Below, one piece after another: positions 47,448 to 56,914 of a stretch of DNA of 64,000 nucleotides (position 1 is its first letter; each line of letters opens with the position of its first letter). The stretch is taken from IMG/VR virus record IMGVR_UViG_3300037067_002413, positions 32,001 through 96,000 of that record; one strand, 5' to 3'. This stretch comes from a virus (taxonomy: Duplodnaviria; Caudoviricetes). The position numbers were made by a program, and so were the translations under genes. The notes under the pieces were generated by a model that worked only from the letters and a program-made list of their open reading frames with translations, was not told the origin of the DNA and did not search any database.

Positions 47448-48056
47448 ATGGCAAGTCCGCTTACTGTAGTACGAAACGATTATCACTCGAATCCGAAACC
47501 GAGCACGGTGCGCACGCCAATCGGTGTTGCGCAATTCCTGTTTGACATTCTGAATCGTGATAAATACCATAACATCTTCGACCCCGCCATCGGCAACGGC
47601 AGGTTGACTGATCCTTGGGCAAAGGCCGGATGCCGCATCGCTGGATGCGACATCAAACCCCAACTCAAACAGGATCAGTACAATGTTGTTTACCGTGGTC
47701 GTTTTGAGGATGCCACGGTCGGTATGTTTCATATACCCGACCTGGTTCTTTGTAATCCTCCGTTCAATGGCGCGGAAGGAAAACAACTTTACCCGGAAGT
47801 GTTTCTGAAACACATCTTTGATCTATGGGGACAAAGAATACCCACGGTCATGTTTATGCCTATGGGTTTTCGACTCAATCAACGATGTAAGAGCAAGCGT
47901 TGGCGTTGGTTGAGGGATTCTAAAGCAAAGATCAAGTCAATCGTTTCCCTACCGCTTGATGTATTTCCTGGCGTCGAGTTTCATGCCGAGATATTGATTT
48001 TCAACGCCACGCGAATCAGACCGCATTACTTCCTACCCGAGGAGGCACTTCGATGA
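47448..48056 (+). CDS. N6-adenine DNA methyltransferase (gamma-type)
   Basis: FDPAIGNG followed by NPPF. Confidence 0.85.
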   Translation: MASPLTVVRNDYHSNPKPSTVRTPIGVAQFLFDILNRDKYHNIFDPAIGNGRLTDPWAKAGCRIAGCDIKPQLKQDQYNVVYRGRFEDATVGMFHIPDLVLCNPPFNGAEGKQLYPEVFLKHIFDLWGQRIPTVMFMPMGFRLNQRCKSKRWRWLRDSKAKIKSIVSLPLDVFPGVEFHAEILIFNATRIRPHYFLPEEALR

Positions 48057-48523
48057 TTGGCTTCCGTGCTACAACCGAAAAGGACACGCATTACCTGATT
48101 GACATTGACCTAAAATGTTTTGACTATGCCTGGCCTCCAGAGACCTGGCGAGCAGCTGCCAAAACTTGTGTCGCCTGCGTGGCGACGTGGAACGATACGC
48201 CGATCGGCATGGCGATCTTCGGCAAGACGCCTGATGGCGATGTTGAAATTCTCAAGGTGGCTGTCAAACCTGCTTTTCGGAATCGAGGGATCGCGCGGCA
48301 TCTTCTTTATAATTGCCTCCTTTATGCTCGGGAAGTCAATGCCTTTCGGATGGTGATGCTTGTGCCCGAGGGACAGTTGCGTCCAGGTGAGATTGGCGAC
48401 ATCAGCCAATGGCTTGGAAAACTCAGGTTCAGAGCACAAGTACCTCTACTCAAAGATTATTTTGTTTTCTATGGTCAGCCAGAAGATGGCGTGATCTTTT
48501 CCTTACCAATACCACAGGCGTAA
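48053..48523 (+). CDS. GNAT acetyltransferase (RimI-like)
   Basis: VAVKPAFRNRGIARHLL acetyl-CoA motif. Confidence 0.85.
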   Translation: MIGFRATTEKDTHYLIDIDLKCFDYAWPPETWRAAAKTCVACVATWNDTPIGMAIFGKTPDGDVEILKVAVKPAFRNRGIARHLLYNCLLYAREVNAFRMVMLVPEGQLRPGEIGDISQWLGKLRFRAQVPLLKDYFVFYGQPEDGVIFSLPIPQA

Positions 48524-48525
48524 AT

Positions 48526-48885
48526 ATGAGACGCACGAGAAAAGAATTTCTTGATAGTATACCGCATCGACCGCGAAAAACCAATTTCAACGAGGTTCTG
48601 GGTTTGGTCAAGAGGCAGATTAAACGGAAAGCAATCGCTGATGGTTTAATTGTTGATCCTGCCACGCGACCGCCTCGATACCAATGGGCGTGGGAGATTC
48701 CTAAGACCGCGACCTTCAATGTGGAGGACGGAAAACTTCTCAGCGTCAACGAAACCAGCGGCATCGTTGAAGCCAATACGAAGGGTGAAGCGAGAAGCCT
48801 CATCAAATCCCAACTGGGTCTGCGAAAGAAAGACCGGCTACCGCTTGCAATTGTCGTCACCAAAGTCGAAAGGAGTGCATCTTGA
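48526..48885 (+). CDS. Basic hypothetical protein
   Basis: ATG 48526; overlaps RNR start. Confidence 0.55.
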   Translation: MRRTRKEFLDSIPHRPRKTNFNEVLGLVKRQIKRKAIADGLIVDPATRPPRYQWAWEIPKTATFNVEDGKLLSVNETSGIVEANTKGEARSLIKSQLGLRKKDRLPLAIVVTKVERSAS

Positions 48886-50612
48886 AGTTTCAATCCGAAG
48901 TAAATCCCATGTTCCGCAGCAAATTCAGCGAGGACATTTTCATTGCGAAGTATCAACATACGGGTTGCGAAACATGGGCCAAACTTGCCGACGTGCTGGT
49001 GGAAGACGTATGCGGCAAACTCCCGGATTCAGCAGACGCAAGGATTAAGGGACCGCATCGGCAACAGATGTTGACTGATGACGAAATGCAACTGCTCAAA
49101 AGTTTTATCCGAGACTTGAAGTTTATTCCTGGCGGTCGATACCTTTACTATGCGGGTAGGTCGCGCAAATTCTGGAATAATTGCTATTTGCTACGAGCAG
49201 AAGAAGATTCGCGCGAGGACTGGGCAAATCTCAGTTGGAAAGCGGAAAGTTGCTTGATGACTGGTGGCGGCATCGGTATCGACTATTCGGTTTATCGCAA
49301 AAGCAATTCCATTCTCTCGGGCACAGGCGGATTTGCCAGCGGACCAATTCCGAAGATGATGATGATTAACGAGATCGGCCGCAACGTCATGCAGGGCGGT
49401 TCTCGTCGATCTGCGATCTACGCTTCACTTAATTGGAAGCATGGCGATGTCGAAAAGTTCTTAAACATTAAGAACTGGCAAGACATTACGGTGCCTGGCA
49501 CAAAACTGACGCTTGCCGACATTAAGTTGCAGGATCAAAATTGGCCGGCACCCCTGGACATGACCAACGTGTCGATCAACTATGACACGTCTTGGTTCCT
49601 CCAGATGTGCCAGACGGGCGACCCAGGGGAACTGTTCAAGCGGAATTTACTTCAAGCCGTATCCACGGCTGAACCGGGTTTTTCGTTCAACCTGTTTGAC
49701 CAGGAGAAAGAAACCCTTCGCAACGCTTGCACGGAAGTTACTAGCGCGGATGATTCCGACGTTTGCAATCTTGGAAGCGTCAATCTTGGCCGTGTAAGTA
49801 CAATCGAGGAGTTTAAGACGATTCTCGAATTGGCTACCAAGTTCCTTCTTTGCGGAACATTACGAGCAGACGTACCGTATGAGAAAATCCTGAAAGTCCG
49901 AGAGAAAAACCGACGTTTAGGAGTTGGTCTGATGGGCATCCATGAATGGATGCTGAAACGCGGAAGTCGATATGAGGTTACTCCTGAACTGCACAACTGG
50001 TTGCTATTTTATCGTGGTATCACCAACAAGGTTGCCAACGAGTTTGCAGATAAGTTGGGAATCTCGCGTCCGATTGCCAAGAGAGCGATTGCGCCAACGG
50101 GCACGATTGGAATCTTAGCGGGCACGAGTACAGGCATCGAACCGATCTTTGCGGTTGCATACAAGCGACGTTATCTGCGGGAAGGAACTAAATGGCATTA
50201 CCAATATGTGGTTGACAGTGCCGCTCAAGAACTGATTAACCTCTACAGTCTTGATCCAGACAAAGTTGAGAGTGCTCTTGACCTGGCTGAGGACTACGAA
50301 CGTCGAATGAAGGTTCAGGCCGACATCCAGGATTATGTTGACCAGGCTATCAGTAGCACGATCAATCTTCCGAAATGGGGAAGCCGACGCAACAATCCAG
50401 ACACAGTGAAGGATTTTGCCCTGACACTGGCGAAGTTTGCGCCAAAACTTCGTGGGTTTACTTGCTATCCTGATGGAGCGCGTGGTGGTCAACCTTTGAC
50501 GATGGTGAGTTACAAAGAAGCCGCTGAAAATCTCGGCAAGGAATTTGAGGAAGCCGTTGAGACGCACGATTGCTGCGTTCTGACTGGCCACGGAGGCGTT
50601 TGTGGAGTTTAA
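48882..50612 (+). CDS. nrdJ: Ribonucleotide reductase, compact class II (B12-dependent) type
   Basis: PGGRYLY, NNCY, QGGSRRSA, NACTE, CNLGS, APTGT, DQAISSTINLP, C-terminal Cys pair; no beta subunit nearby. Confidence 0.85.
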   Translation: MKFQSEVNPMFRSKFSEDIFIAKYQHTGCETWAKLADVLVEDVCGKLPDSADARIKGPHRQQMLTDDEMQLLKSFIRDLKFIPGGRYLYYAGRSRKFWNNCYLLRAEEDSREDWANLSWKAESCLMTGGGIGIDYSVYRKSNSILSGTGGFASGPIPKMMMINEIGRNVMQGGSRRSAIYASLNWKHGDVEKFLNIKNWQDITVPGTKLTLADIKLQDQNWPAPLDMTNVSINYDTSWFLQMCQTGDPGELFKRNLLQAVSTAEPGFSFNLFDQEKETLRNACTEVTSADDSDVCNLGSVNLGRVSTIEEFKTILELATKFLLCGTLRADVPYEKILKVREKNRRLGVGLMGIHEWMLKRGSRYEVTPELHNWLLFYRGITNKVANEFADKLGISRPIAKRAIAPTGTIGILAGTSTGIEPIFAVAYKRRYLREGTKWHYQYVVDSAAQELINLYSLDPDKVESALDLAEDYERRMKVQADIQDYVDQAISSTINLPKWGSRRNNPDTVKDFALTLAKFAPKLRGFTCYPDGARGGQPLTMVSYKEAAENLGKEFEEAVETHDCCVLTGHGGVCGV

Positions 50613-51108
50613 CGCAGAGATCGTTACCAGAACCTATCTTAGGAACGCATATCGGCTCGCCGAAATGTCTTCCGATGATCCTAACACCAAGAACGGTGCG
50701 GTCATCATTAGTGCTGATGCCAGAATCATCGGCACAGGCGTCAATCGTTTTCCCCGTGGCGTCAAAGTCACGGAGGAACGATTGCAACGACCGTTGAAGT
50801 ATGAGTTCATGGAACACGCCGAACGTAATGCGGTGTTTGATGCGTGCCGACGATGCGAGAATACCATCGGCAGTACAATGTACTGTCCTTGGTATGCCTG
50901 TGTTCCATGTGCTCGCGCAATCATTGAGGCAGGCATTATTTGCGTGATCGGACACAAACAAATTTTCGATCGGACGCCTGAGCATTGGTTGGAAACCATT
51001 GCCATTGGCAACGAAATGTTCCGCGAGGCTGGGGTAGAAATAATTCAGTTCGACGGATTTATTGGCAACTGTACCAGTTTTTTCAACAGTGAAAGATGGA
51101 ATCCATGA
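50602..51108 (+). CDS. dCMP deaminase
   Basis: HAERNA and CVPC zinc motifs. Confidence 0.9.
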   Translation: MEFNAEIVTRTYLRNAYRLAEMSSDDPNTKNGAVIISADARIIGTGVNRFPRGVKVTEERLQRPLKYEFMEHAERNAVFDACRRCENTIGSTMYCPWYACVPCARAIIEAGIICVIGHKQIFDRTPEHWLETIAIGNEMFREAGVEIIQFDGFIGNCTSFFNSERWNP

Positions 51109-51341
51109 AGTATTTACAAGGAATTGGCATAGCCTTAGCATTGTCGATCATCGTGATCGTGGCTGGTTATGCAATTCGAGAACACGATACTGCCGTCTAC
51201 CTGCGAGGCCACAACAATGGTTTCACATGGGGAGTACGATCGGTACGAGGAGAAGCCAGTCGTCTTGGACTCGGACACTGGGCCTTTAATGACCACGGCG
51301 AGCCAGAATTCTCATTCAATGACTACAAGGAGATACCATGA
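51105..51341 (+). CDS. Small membrane-anchored protein
   Basis: N-terminal TM; coupled starts. Confidence 0.55.
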   Translation: MKYLQGIGIALALSIIVIVAGYAIREHDTAVYLRGHNNGFTWGVRSVRGEASRLGLGHWAFNDHGEPEFSFNDYKEIP

Positions 51342-51751
51342 TTAGCGTCAAACTTTTACGTCCGGCGGCCCAGTTGCCAACCCGTTCTTACCATTCCGCC
51401 GGCTACGATCTCTATGCCTGCGAAGAGATCGACTGCAAGCCAAGTTCGGTCACGATGATTCCGATTGGAATCGCAACGTCTTTCCCCGCTGGCCACGCCG
51501 CTCTGGTATGGGATCGCAGCGGTATGGGAAAGCGAGGATTCACCATCTTCGGCGGCGTGATCGACGAGGATTATCGTGGCGAATGGTTCGTCATGCTCTA
51601 CAATTCGACGTGCGACACCTACACCGTTCACGTTGGCGATCGTGTTGGTCAATTTGTTTTGCAAGAAGTCAAACAAGTTCCAATCGTCGTGACTGAGGAA
51701 CTGACCGACACGGAAAGGGGCGAGAACGGATTCTCCAGCACGGGTCGATGA
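51338..51751 (+). CDS. dut: dUTPase
   Basis: AGYDL, RSG, GVIDEDYRGE, GDRVGQ, RGENGFSSTG. Confidence 0.95.
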   Translation: MISVKLLRPAAQLPTRSYHSAGYDLYACEEIDCKPSSVTMIPIGIATSFPAGHAALVWDRSGMGKRGFTIFGGVIDEDYRGEWFVMLYNSTCDTYTVHVGDRVGQFVLQEVKQVPIVVTEELTDTERGENGFSSTGR

Positions 51752-52548
51752 TTGCTCCTGTGACTTATCAGGGTGCAAAGCATCGTTATGCGGCTGCAAT
51801 TATTGACAGGATCAAGCCGCGATTCGACGAACCATTCTATGATTTGTGTTGCGGAAGTGGCACTGTCTCAATAGAGTTGGTGAATCGCGGCTTTGATCCT
51901 AAATTGCTCTATATGGTTGATTCAGGCCCGTGGGGTAATCTTTGGTATTCGGTTGGCAAAGGACAATTCAACCTTAATCGGTTCAAGAAGTTTCTGGATA
52001 AGATTCCTGAACGTCCTTTGATTCACGATTACGTTGTAGAACTGGCCAAACAGCCGGCACACATTGATACGCCTTACGTCTATCTGATTTTACAGGCGTG
52101 TGCGTTTGGCGGAAAAGCAATCTGGATTAAGGATGACCAATGGAAGAATACATCCTTCCGTAGTTTTTGGTGGCCCAACGGAATCGCCAAACGGAAGTCC
52201 GTTGTCAATCCAATGATGCCCATGCCCAATACGCTCTATGAGCGAATGAAGATCATCTGCAAAAAGATGCACGGCGTTCACGCCTGTCAATGCAACGTAC
52301 AAGATTTTGGTCCTGGCAGAGGCACGGTCTACATTGATCCTCCTTACACCGGAACGACGGGTTATGGCAACGACTTCGACGTTGTTGCCTATGCCTCCAA
52401 TCGAAACTGTTGGGTGTCAGAAGGTCATGCGTTAAACGATAACGCCGTATTGCTGGCTAATAGCGAGAGTCGATCACGAGGCGGCATTTCCGGTAATCGG
52501 TCCTCGGCAAACGAAGAATGGTTGTCTCATTTTGTACTTGGAGCATAA
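51748..52548 (+). CDS. Dam/D12-class adenine DNA methyltransferase
   Basis: YQGAK, DLCCGSG, YIDPPY. Confidence 0.85.
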   Translation: MIAPVTYQGAKHRYAAAIIDRIKPRFDEPFYDLCCGSGTVSIELVNRGFDPKLLYMVDSGPWGNLWYSVGKGQFNLNRFKKFLDKIPERPLIHDYVVELAKQPAHIDTPYVYLILQACAFGGKAIWIKDDQWKNTSFRSFWWPNGIAKRKSVVNPMMPMPNTLYERMKIICKKMHGVHACQCNVQDFGPGRGTVYIDPPYTGTTGYGNDFDVVAYASNRNCWVSEGHALNDNAVLLANSESRSRGGISGNRSSANEEWLSHFVLGA

Positions 52549-52550
52549 AC

Positions 52551-53600
52551 ATGCAGGTTTACGACAAAGATGACATTCAAGTCTATTGCGACGACTTGCT
52601 CGACGTATTGCCAACTCTTGAAAAGGTTGACTGCGTAGTCACTGATCCACCCTATGGCTTGTCGTTTATGGGCAAGGCGTGGGATTATTCTGTGCCTGGA
52701 CCTGATTATTGGAAAGTAATCAAGGAAGTGTGCAAACCAGGAGCCATGATGTTGGCATTCGGTGGTACGCGAACCCAACATCGCCTGACCTGCGCTATCG
52801 AGGATGCTGGCTGGGAAATACGCGATTGCTTAATGTGGCTCTACGGAAGTGGATTCCCAAAGTCAATGGACATCTCAAAGGCCATCGACAAAGCGGCCGG
52901 AGTGGAGCGCGAAGTTGTTGGGCAAAAAGACGTTGGGCCTGATATTCGCGGCGACAACTTTCACCGTGACGACGGAACGCGGATGATTGCTGATATTACC
53001 GTGCCTGCCACCGATGCTGCAAAACAGTGGAACGGGTGGGGCACAGCGTTGAAACCTGCATACGAGCCGATCATCTTGGCAATGAATGCGCTTGATGGCA
53101 CTTATGTCAACAACGCAATCCAGAATGGGGTAGCGGGAATCAACATTGATGCTTGTAGATTCGGATATTCTACAGAGAATCATTCCAGAAGTGCTGAATC
53201 GGCGGTTAGCAAGGGGAGGTATGGGAGCAGTGCAGAACAGAAAACCCATCAAACTGCCGGACAGGCACTCGGCCGGTTTCCGTCTAACCTATTGCTAGAC
53301 GAGGAAGTTGCTATTCAACTTGGAGATCAAGCACGATTTTTCTACTGTGCGAAAGCCTCAAAGAAGGATCGCGGCGAAGGCAACGATCATGCTACGGTTA
53401 AGCCGCAAGCGTTGATGACTTATTTGTTGCGACTTTTATCAACGCCGACAGGCGGCGTCATTCTCGACCCGTTCGCTGGAAGTGGTACAACCGCTCTGGC
53501 AGCCAAGAAACTTAATCTGCCATGTATCTGTGTTGAGAAAGACCCACACAACTGCGACATCATCGTATCGAGGTTGGAGAATGAACCACAAACTGATTAA
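52551..53600 (+). CDS. N4/N6 DNA methyltransferase (beta class)
   Basis: TDPPY, HATVKP, LDPFAGSGTT. Confidence 0.92.
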   Translation: MQVYDKDDIQVYCDDLLDVLPTLEKVDCVVTDPPYGLSFMGKAWDYSVPGPDYWKVIKEVCKPGAMMLAFGGTRTQHRLTCAIEDAGWEIRDCLMWLYGSGFPKSMDISKAIDKAAGVEREVVGQKDVGPDIRGDNFHRDDGTRMIADITVPATDAAKQWNGWGTALKPAYEPIILAMNALDGTYVNNAIQNGVAGINIDACRFGYSTENHSRSAESAVSKGRYGSSAEQKTHQTAGQALGRFPSNLLLDEEVAIQLGDQARFFYCAKASKKDRGEGNDHATVKPQALMTYLLRLLSTPTGGVILDPFAGSGTTALAAKKLNLPCICVEKDPHNCDIIVSRLENEPQTD

Positions 53601-54330
53601 CGCAGATTGCCTTGACTACCTTTCATCCAGTAATGAAACGTGGACAACGATTTTTGCTGACCCGCCTGACAATATCGGCCTTGGATATAAAAGTTACAAG
53701 GATCGCCAAAGTGAGGCTGATTACGTTGCCCTACTTCGTAAATGGCTAACTGTTTTCGTTCTCAAAGCAAAGACGGTTTGGTTCAGTTACAACTCCAAAT
53801 GGACGTTCGAGGTTGGTGCGATCGTAAAGGACGTGGTTGGTTTGCGGGCTGGCGAACTTGAAGCCAAACCCTGCGTGCAAGTGTTTACGTTCGGTCAGCA
53901 TAACCACCATGATTTAGGCAATAATCATCGACCGTTGTTGCGTTTGCGGTGGAAGGACGCGCCATTACTTCCTGATGCAGTGAGGATTCCCAGTTGGCGA
54001 CAAGAGAATGGCGACAAGCGGGCTGACCCGCGCGGGCGAGTGCCAGGCGATGTATTTGACTTCACAAGAGTTACTGGCAACAGCAAACAACGTCGTCCTT
54101 GGCACCCAACTCAATTGAACGAAGGGCTGGTTGAACGGTGCATTAAGATGACCACCCCGTCTAGTGATTCGGTTCTTGACCCATTCGGCGGCACTGGAAC
54201 AACACTGCGAGTCTGTAAGACACTGGACAACCCATGCACATTGATTGAACTTGATGCCCTCTATTGTGCAAAAATCGCAGAGGAAAACGGACTTATAAAG
54301 GGCGAATCATGCTGGTCGTGCGATTTGTAA
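53581..54330 (+). CDS. N4/N6 DNA methyltransferase (beta class), DPPD variant
   Basis: ADPPDNIG, HPTQ, LDPFGGTGTT. Confidence 0.85.
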   Translation: MNHKLINADCLDYLSSSNETWTTIFADPPDNIGLGYKSYKDRQSEADYVALLRKWLTVFVLKAKTVWFSYNSKWTFEVGAIVKDVVGLRAGELEAKPCVQVFTFGQHNHHDLGNNHRPLLRLRWKDAPLLPDAVRIPSWRQENGDKRADPRGRVPGDVFDFTRVTGNSKQRRPWHPTQLNEGLVERCIKMTTPSSDSVLDPFGGTGTTLRVCKTLDNPCTLIELDALYCAKIAEENGLIKGESCWSCDL

Positions 54331-54370
54331 CGTCTTTGGAAAAGAAAATGTGATTTTTAGTAAGAAAACT

Positions 54371-54409
54371 TAGACCAGATTTCACCTATTTTTACGTCGT
54401 CCTATTAGA
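54371..54409 (+). promoter_or_regulatory. 39-bp repeated element (putative phage promoter), copy 2
   Basis: Identical to 29534-29572; directly precedes AGGAGA RBS of 54421. Confidence 0.7.
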
Positions 54410-54420
54410 AGGAGAATTGA

Positions 54421-54663
54421 ATGCGAGTAGTGGATTGTGTTGACCGCGAGGTCAAAGTAGGTTGTAGCATTTTGTATGCTGTTCGTCGTGGATCGAGTAT
54501 GTGGCTGAAGCGCATGACCGTTCTACAAATTGTTGAGTCAGGGCCGAATGGTCGCCCATACCTTTCTGGCACCACGCCGGAAGGACGACGGGTAAACGTC
54601 CGTAATCTTGACACAGTGGTCGTGATCGTGCCATTGGGCGTCCAATACGAAATTACAACCTGA
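54421..54663 (+). CDS. Hypothetical protein (SH3-like possible)
   Basis: AGGAGA RBS. Confidence 0.65.
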   Translation: MRVVDCVDREVKVGCSILYAVRRGSSMWLKRMTVLQIVESGPNGRPYLSGTTPEGRRVNVRNLDTVVVIVPLGVQYEITT

Positions 54664-54675
54664 GTTTAATGTCTT

Positions 54676-54712
54676 CGCCGGCCGGGTGATCTTCGTATCA
54701 ACCCGGCCGGCG
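54676..54712 (+). other. GC-rich hairpin (processing/stability element)
   Basis: CGCCGGCCGGG...CCCGGCCGGCG; no T tract. Confidence 0.5.
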
Positions 54713-54725
54713 GGCAAAGAGACAC

Positions 54726-54905
54726 ATGAAAGTCAAATACGAGAAAATCAGCGAAGATGAGAAAGTTCAGACTCATTACGAAGAATGCCGCCAAAACGGT
54801 TGCAGTCATCGAATGGCTGAAATGCTTGCCTTCAAGAAACCCCCAGTCGTTCGCAATACCTATAGTCCGCTTCATCCTCGACGCAATCGAGGTCGAGGCT
54901 ATTAA
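54726..54905 (+). CDS. 59-aa protein ending NTYSPLHPRRNRGRGY; absent from ORF track
   Basis: MKVKYEKISEDEKVQTHYEECRQNGCSHRMAEMLAFKKPPVVRNTYSPLHPRRNRGRGY; C-terminus matches 56149-56343. Confidence 0.75.
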   Translation: MKVKYEKISEDEKVQTHYEECRQNGCSHRMAEMLAFKKPPVVRNTYSPLHPRRNRGRGY

Positions 54906-54919
54906 CCCAAGAGGAAGTC

Positions 54920-55837
54920 ATGGATCATCGTGGAAAAATTGTCACCCTATCCCGTTTCGTCGGCGATAAGCCGGCAGATTACATCTGCACGTCGGATGAC
55001 GGTAACATCGTGGAAGTCGTTCCGGTCGCACCCGGCAGTGAATACATCAGTTTCATGCCATTTCGATTGAACGATTGTTGGCACGTCTACAGGTGTTACT
55101 CCGACGAGCAGAAGATCAAGGAAGTCAAAACTCGTTGCGAGATTCTCGTTCAAGAAACGGAACACGAAAACTTCCTGTTGAACGCTATCTTTGGGCTGAC
55201 GGCCGATGACCTCGAAGCCGTTCGGTTGAATCTGAAACGACTTTCCTCGCTCGATGGGGATCAACCCGTCAAGCGCAACGAACCGACGCCCAGCATAGAC
55301 TACCGCGCCGCCAAGACGAACTTTTTTGCCCAAATGTACGGTGGTACGACTTGTCGGCCAAACTACGTTGGCAAGTTGGTTTTCGTCGAAATACCGTTGG
55401 CTTTTGATGACGACGAAAGCACCGAATACATCGTTGTTGAACAATCGGCCGACTCGCTCTACGTGGTAGACACCACCTGTTGTGCCGATGGAGTCCGTAC
55501 CTATCGGATTCCGTTCAGCGACGGCAACGGTGCGAACATCACGATTCTCGACTCCTATGAGGACGACGATTTCATTCGTGAATTCATCGACCGTTTGGAC
55601 GACATGGATACGGACGATTGGGACGTTGATGCCTGCGATGCGGCCGAGACCACCAGTCGCCAATTGGCCCGCATGTTGGAGAAAAAGGCAGAGCAAAAGT
55701 CGTCGTTCGATGATTTGCTCAAGACGCATACGACCGGACTGTTCTTTGGTCCCATCAGCAGCACTTTTGGCGACCCAAAACAGGCCGAAGGCCGGTGCAA
55801 CAGGACTGGATGCAGTGGCATTGGTTGCAAGGTGTAA
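54920..55837 (+). CDS. Acidic hypothetical protein
   Basis: GAGG RBS; 305 aa. Confidence 0.65.
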   Translation: MDHRGKIVTLSRFVGDKPADYICTSDDGNIVEVVPVAPGSEYISFMPFRLNDCWHVYRCYSDEQKIKEVKTRCEILVQETEHENFLLNAIFGLTADDLEAVRLNLKRLSSLDGDQPVKRNEPTPSIDYRAAKTNFFAQMYGGTTCRPNYVGKLVFVEIPLAFDDDESTEYIVVEQSADSLYVVDTTCCADGVRTYRIPFSDGNGANITILDSYEDDDFIREFIDRLDDMDTDDWDVDACDAAETTSRQLARMLEKKAEQKSSFDDLLKTHTTGLFFGPISSTFGDPKQAEGRCNRTGCSGIGCKV

Positions 55838-55848
55838 TGGAGAACAAC

Positions 55849-56145
55849 ATGATTACTCTCTTTATCCTCCGATTGTTGGCTGTTGTTTTCCTATGCTGGG
55901 TCTATTGGAGACAGTGTACCAGGAACCAGAAGTTGGAAAAGATCAAGGAACTCTGGAAAGTTTTGGAGTTGGCAAGAGAAGTTCAGATTGAATGTATTCA
56001 GGACTTCTACACGGTCGTCAACGATGAAGGTTGCATGACTCGAAAAAGACGCCGGGAGAAGGACGTTGAACAGTCCGACAATGCCGAAGACCTTGCTGCT
56101 GGCATCAAAACGACTCTCGTTGAATTGGGCGAGTACAAGGAGTAA
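55849..56145 (+). CDS. Membrane-anchored hypothetical protein
   Basis: GGAGA RBS; N-terminal TM. Confidence 0.55.
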   Translation: MITLFILRLLAVVFLCWVYWRQCTRNQKLEKIKELWKVLELAREVQIECIQDFYTVVNDEGCMTRKRRREKDVEQSDNAEDLAAGIKTTLVELGEYKE

Positions 56146-56148
56146 TCA

Positions 56149-56343
56149 ATGCCGCTTTACGATGTTAGGTGCAGCGCGTGCGGTTCCACCAGCGAAGTAT
56201 TCCAGAAAATGGATACCAAGCAGCCCACGCGCTGCGCCGAGTGCGGCGCGCGAAAAGTTCGCCGAATGATTCTGAAAGCACCCGCGACCTACAACACCTA
56301 CAGTCCCTTGCATCCACGGAAAAACCGTGGGAGAGGATATTGA
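56149..56343 (+). CDS. FmdB-family zinc ribbon protein
   Basis: MPLYDVRCSACG...CAECG. Confidence 0.85.
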   Translation: MPLYDVRCSACGSTSEVFQKMDTKQPTRCAECGARKVRRMILKAPATYNTYSPLHPRKNRGRGY

Positions 56344-56344
56344 G

Positions 56345-56911
56345 ATGGAGACAGCGTTCGCGTGGCTAGGACAAATAATGGAGTGGATTGGGAAATGGTT
56401 TCCCCGACTCCTTATTATTCGATCAACGCACGCCGGAGTCCGTTTCCGACACGGAGACAAAGCATCGGCGTTGGCTCCTGGTCTGCGTGTGTATTGGCCG
56501 TTGGTTACCGAAGTCGAAATTATACCAACTGCACGACAGACTCACAACCTGCCGACGCAAGCATTGCTAACGTCGGACGGAAAGAAGGTTGTCGTCAGTG
56601 GAGTGGTTGTCTATGCGATCAATGACGTTGTGGCAACGATTGCTAGAAATTGGGATGTAAGCGACACGCTCAACGACATCTCAATGGTGGCTATTACGAA
56701 GATCGTCACTACTCACACCTTGGAATACCTGCTGAATCATTTGACGGTTGAAGTGCAAGATAAGTTGACACACGAAACACGACGCCGGCTACGTCGTTAT
56801 GGCGTGTCCGTTTATTGGACAGCATTGACCGATTTCTCTGAATGTATCGTCATCAAAAACATTTCAAGTGGTGGCCAGAACGGCACCATCATTACACATA
56901 ACCTGGACTAA
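56345..56911 (+). CDS. SPFH/band 7 domain protein
   Basis: GVRFRHG...PGLRVYWP, QALLTSDGKKVVVSGVVVYAI. Confidence 0.85.
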   Translation: METAFAWLGQIMEWIGKWFPRLLIIRSTHAGVRFRHGDKASALAPGLRVYWPLVTEVEIIPTARQTHNLPTQALLTSDGKKVVVSGVVVYAINDVVATIARNWDVSDTLNDISMVAITKIVTTHTLEYLLNHLTVEVQDKLTHETRRRLRRYGVSVYWTALTDFSECIVIKNISSGGQNGTIITHNLD

Positions 56912-56914
56912 CCC

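Noticed and set aside
54757-54969. 70-aa ORF in the track
   Set aside because: The alternative-frame ORF 54726-54905 has the conserved C-terminal motif and fits the gap without overlap
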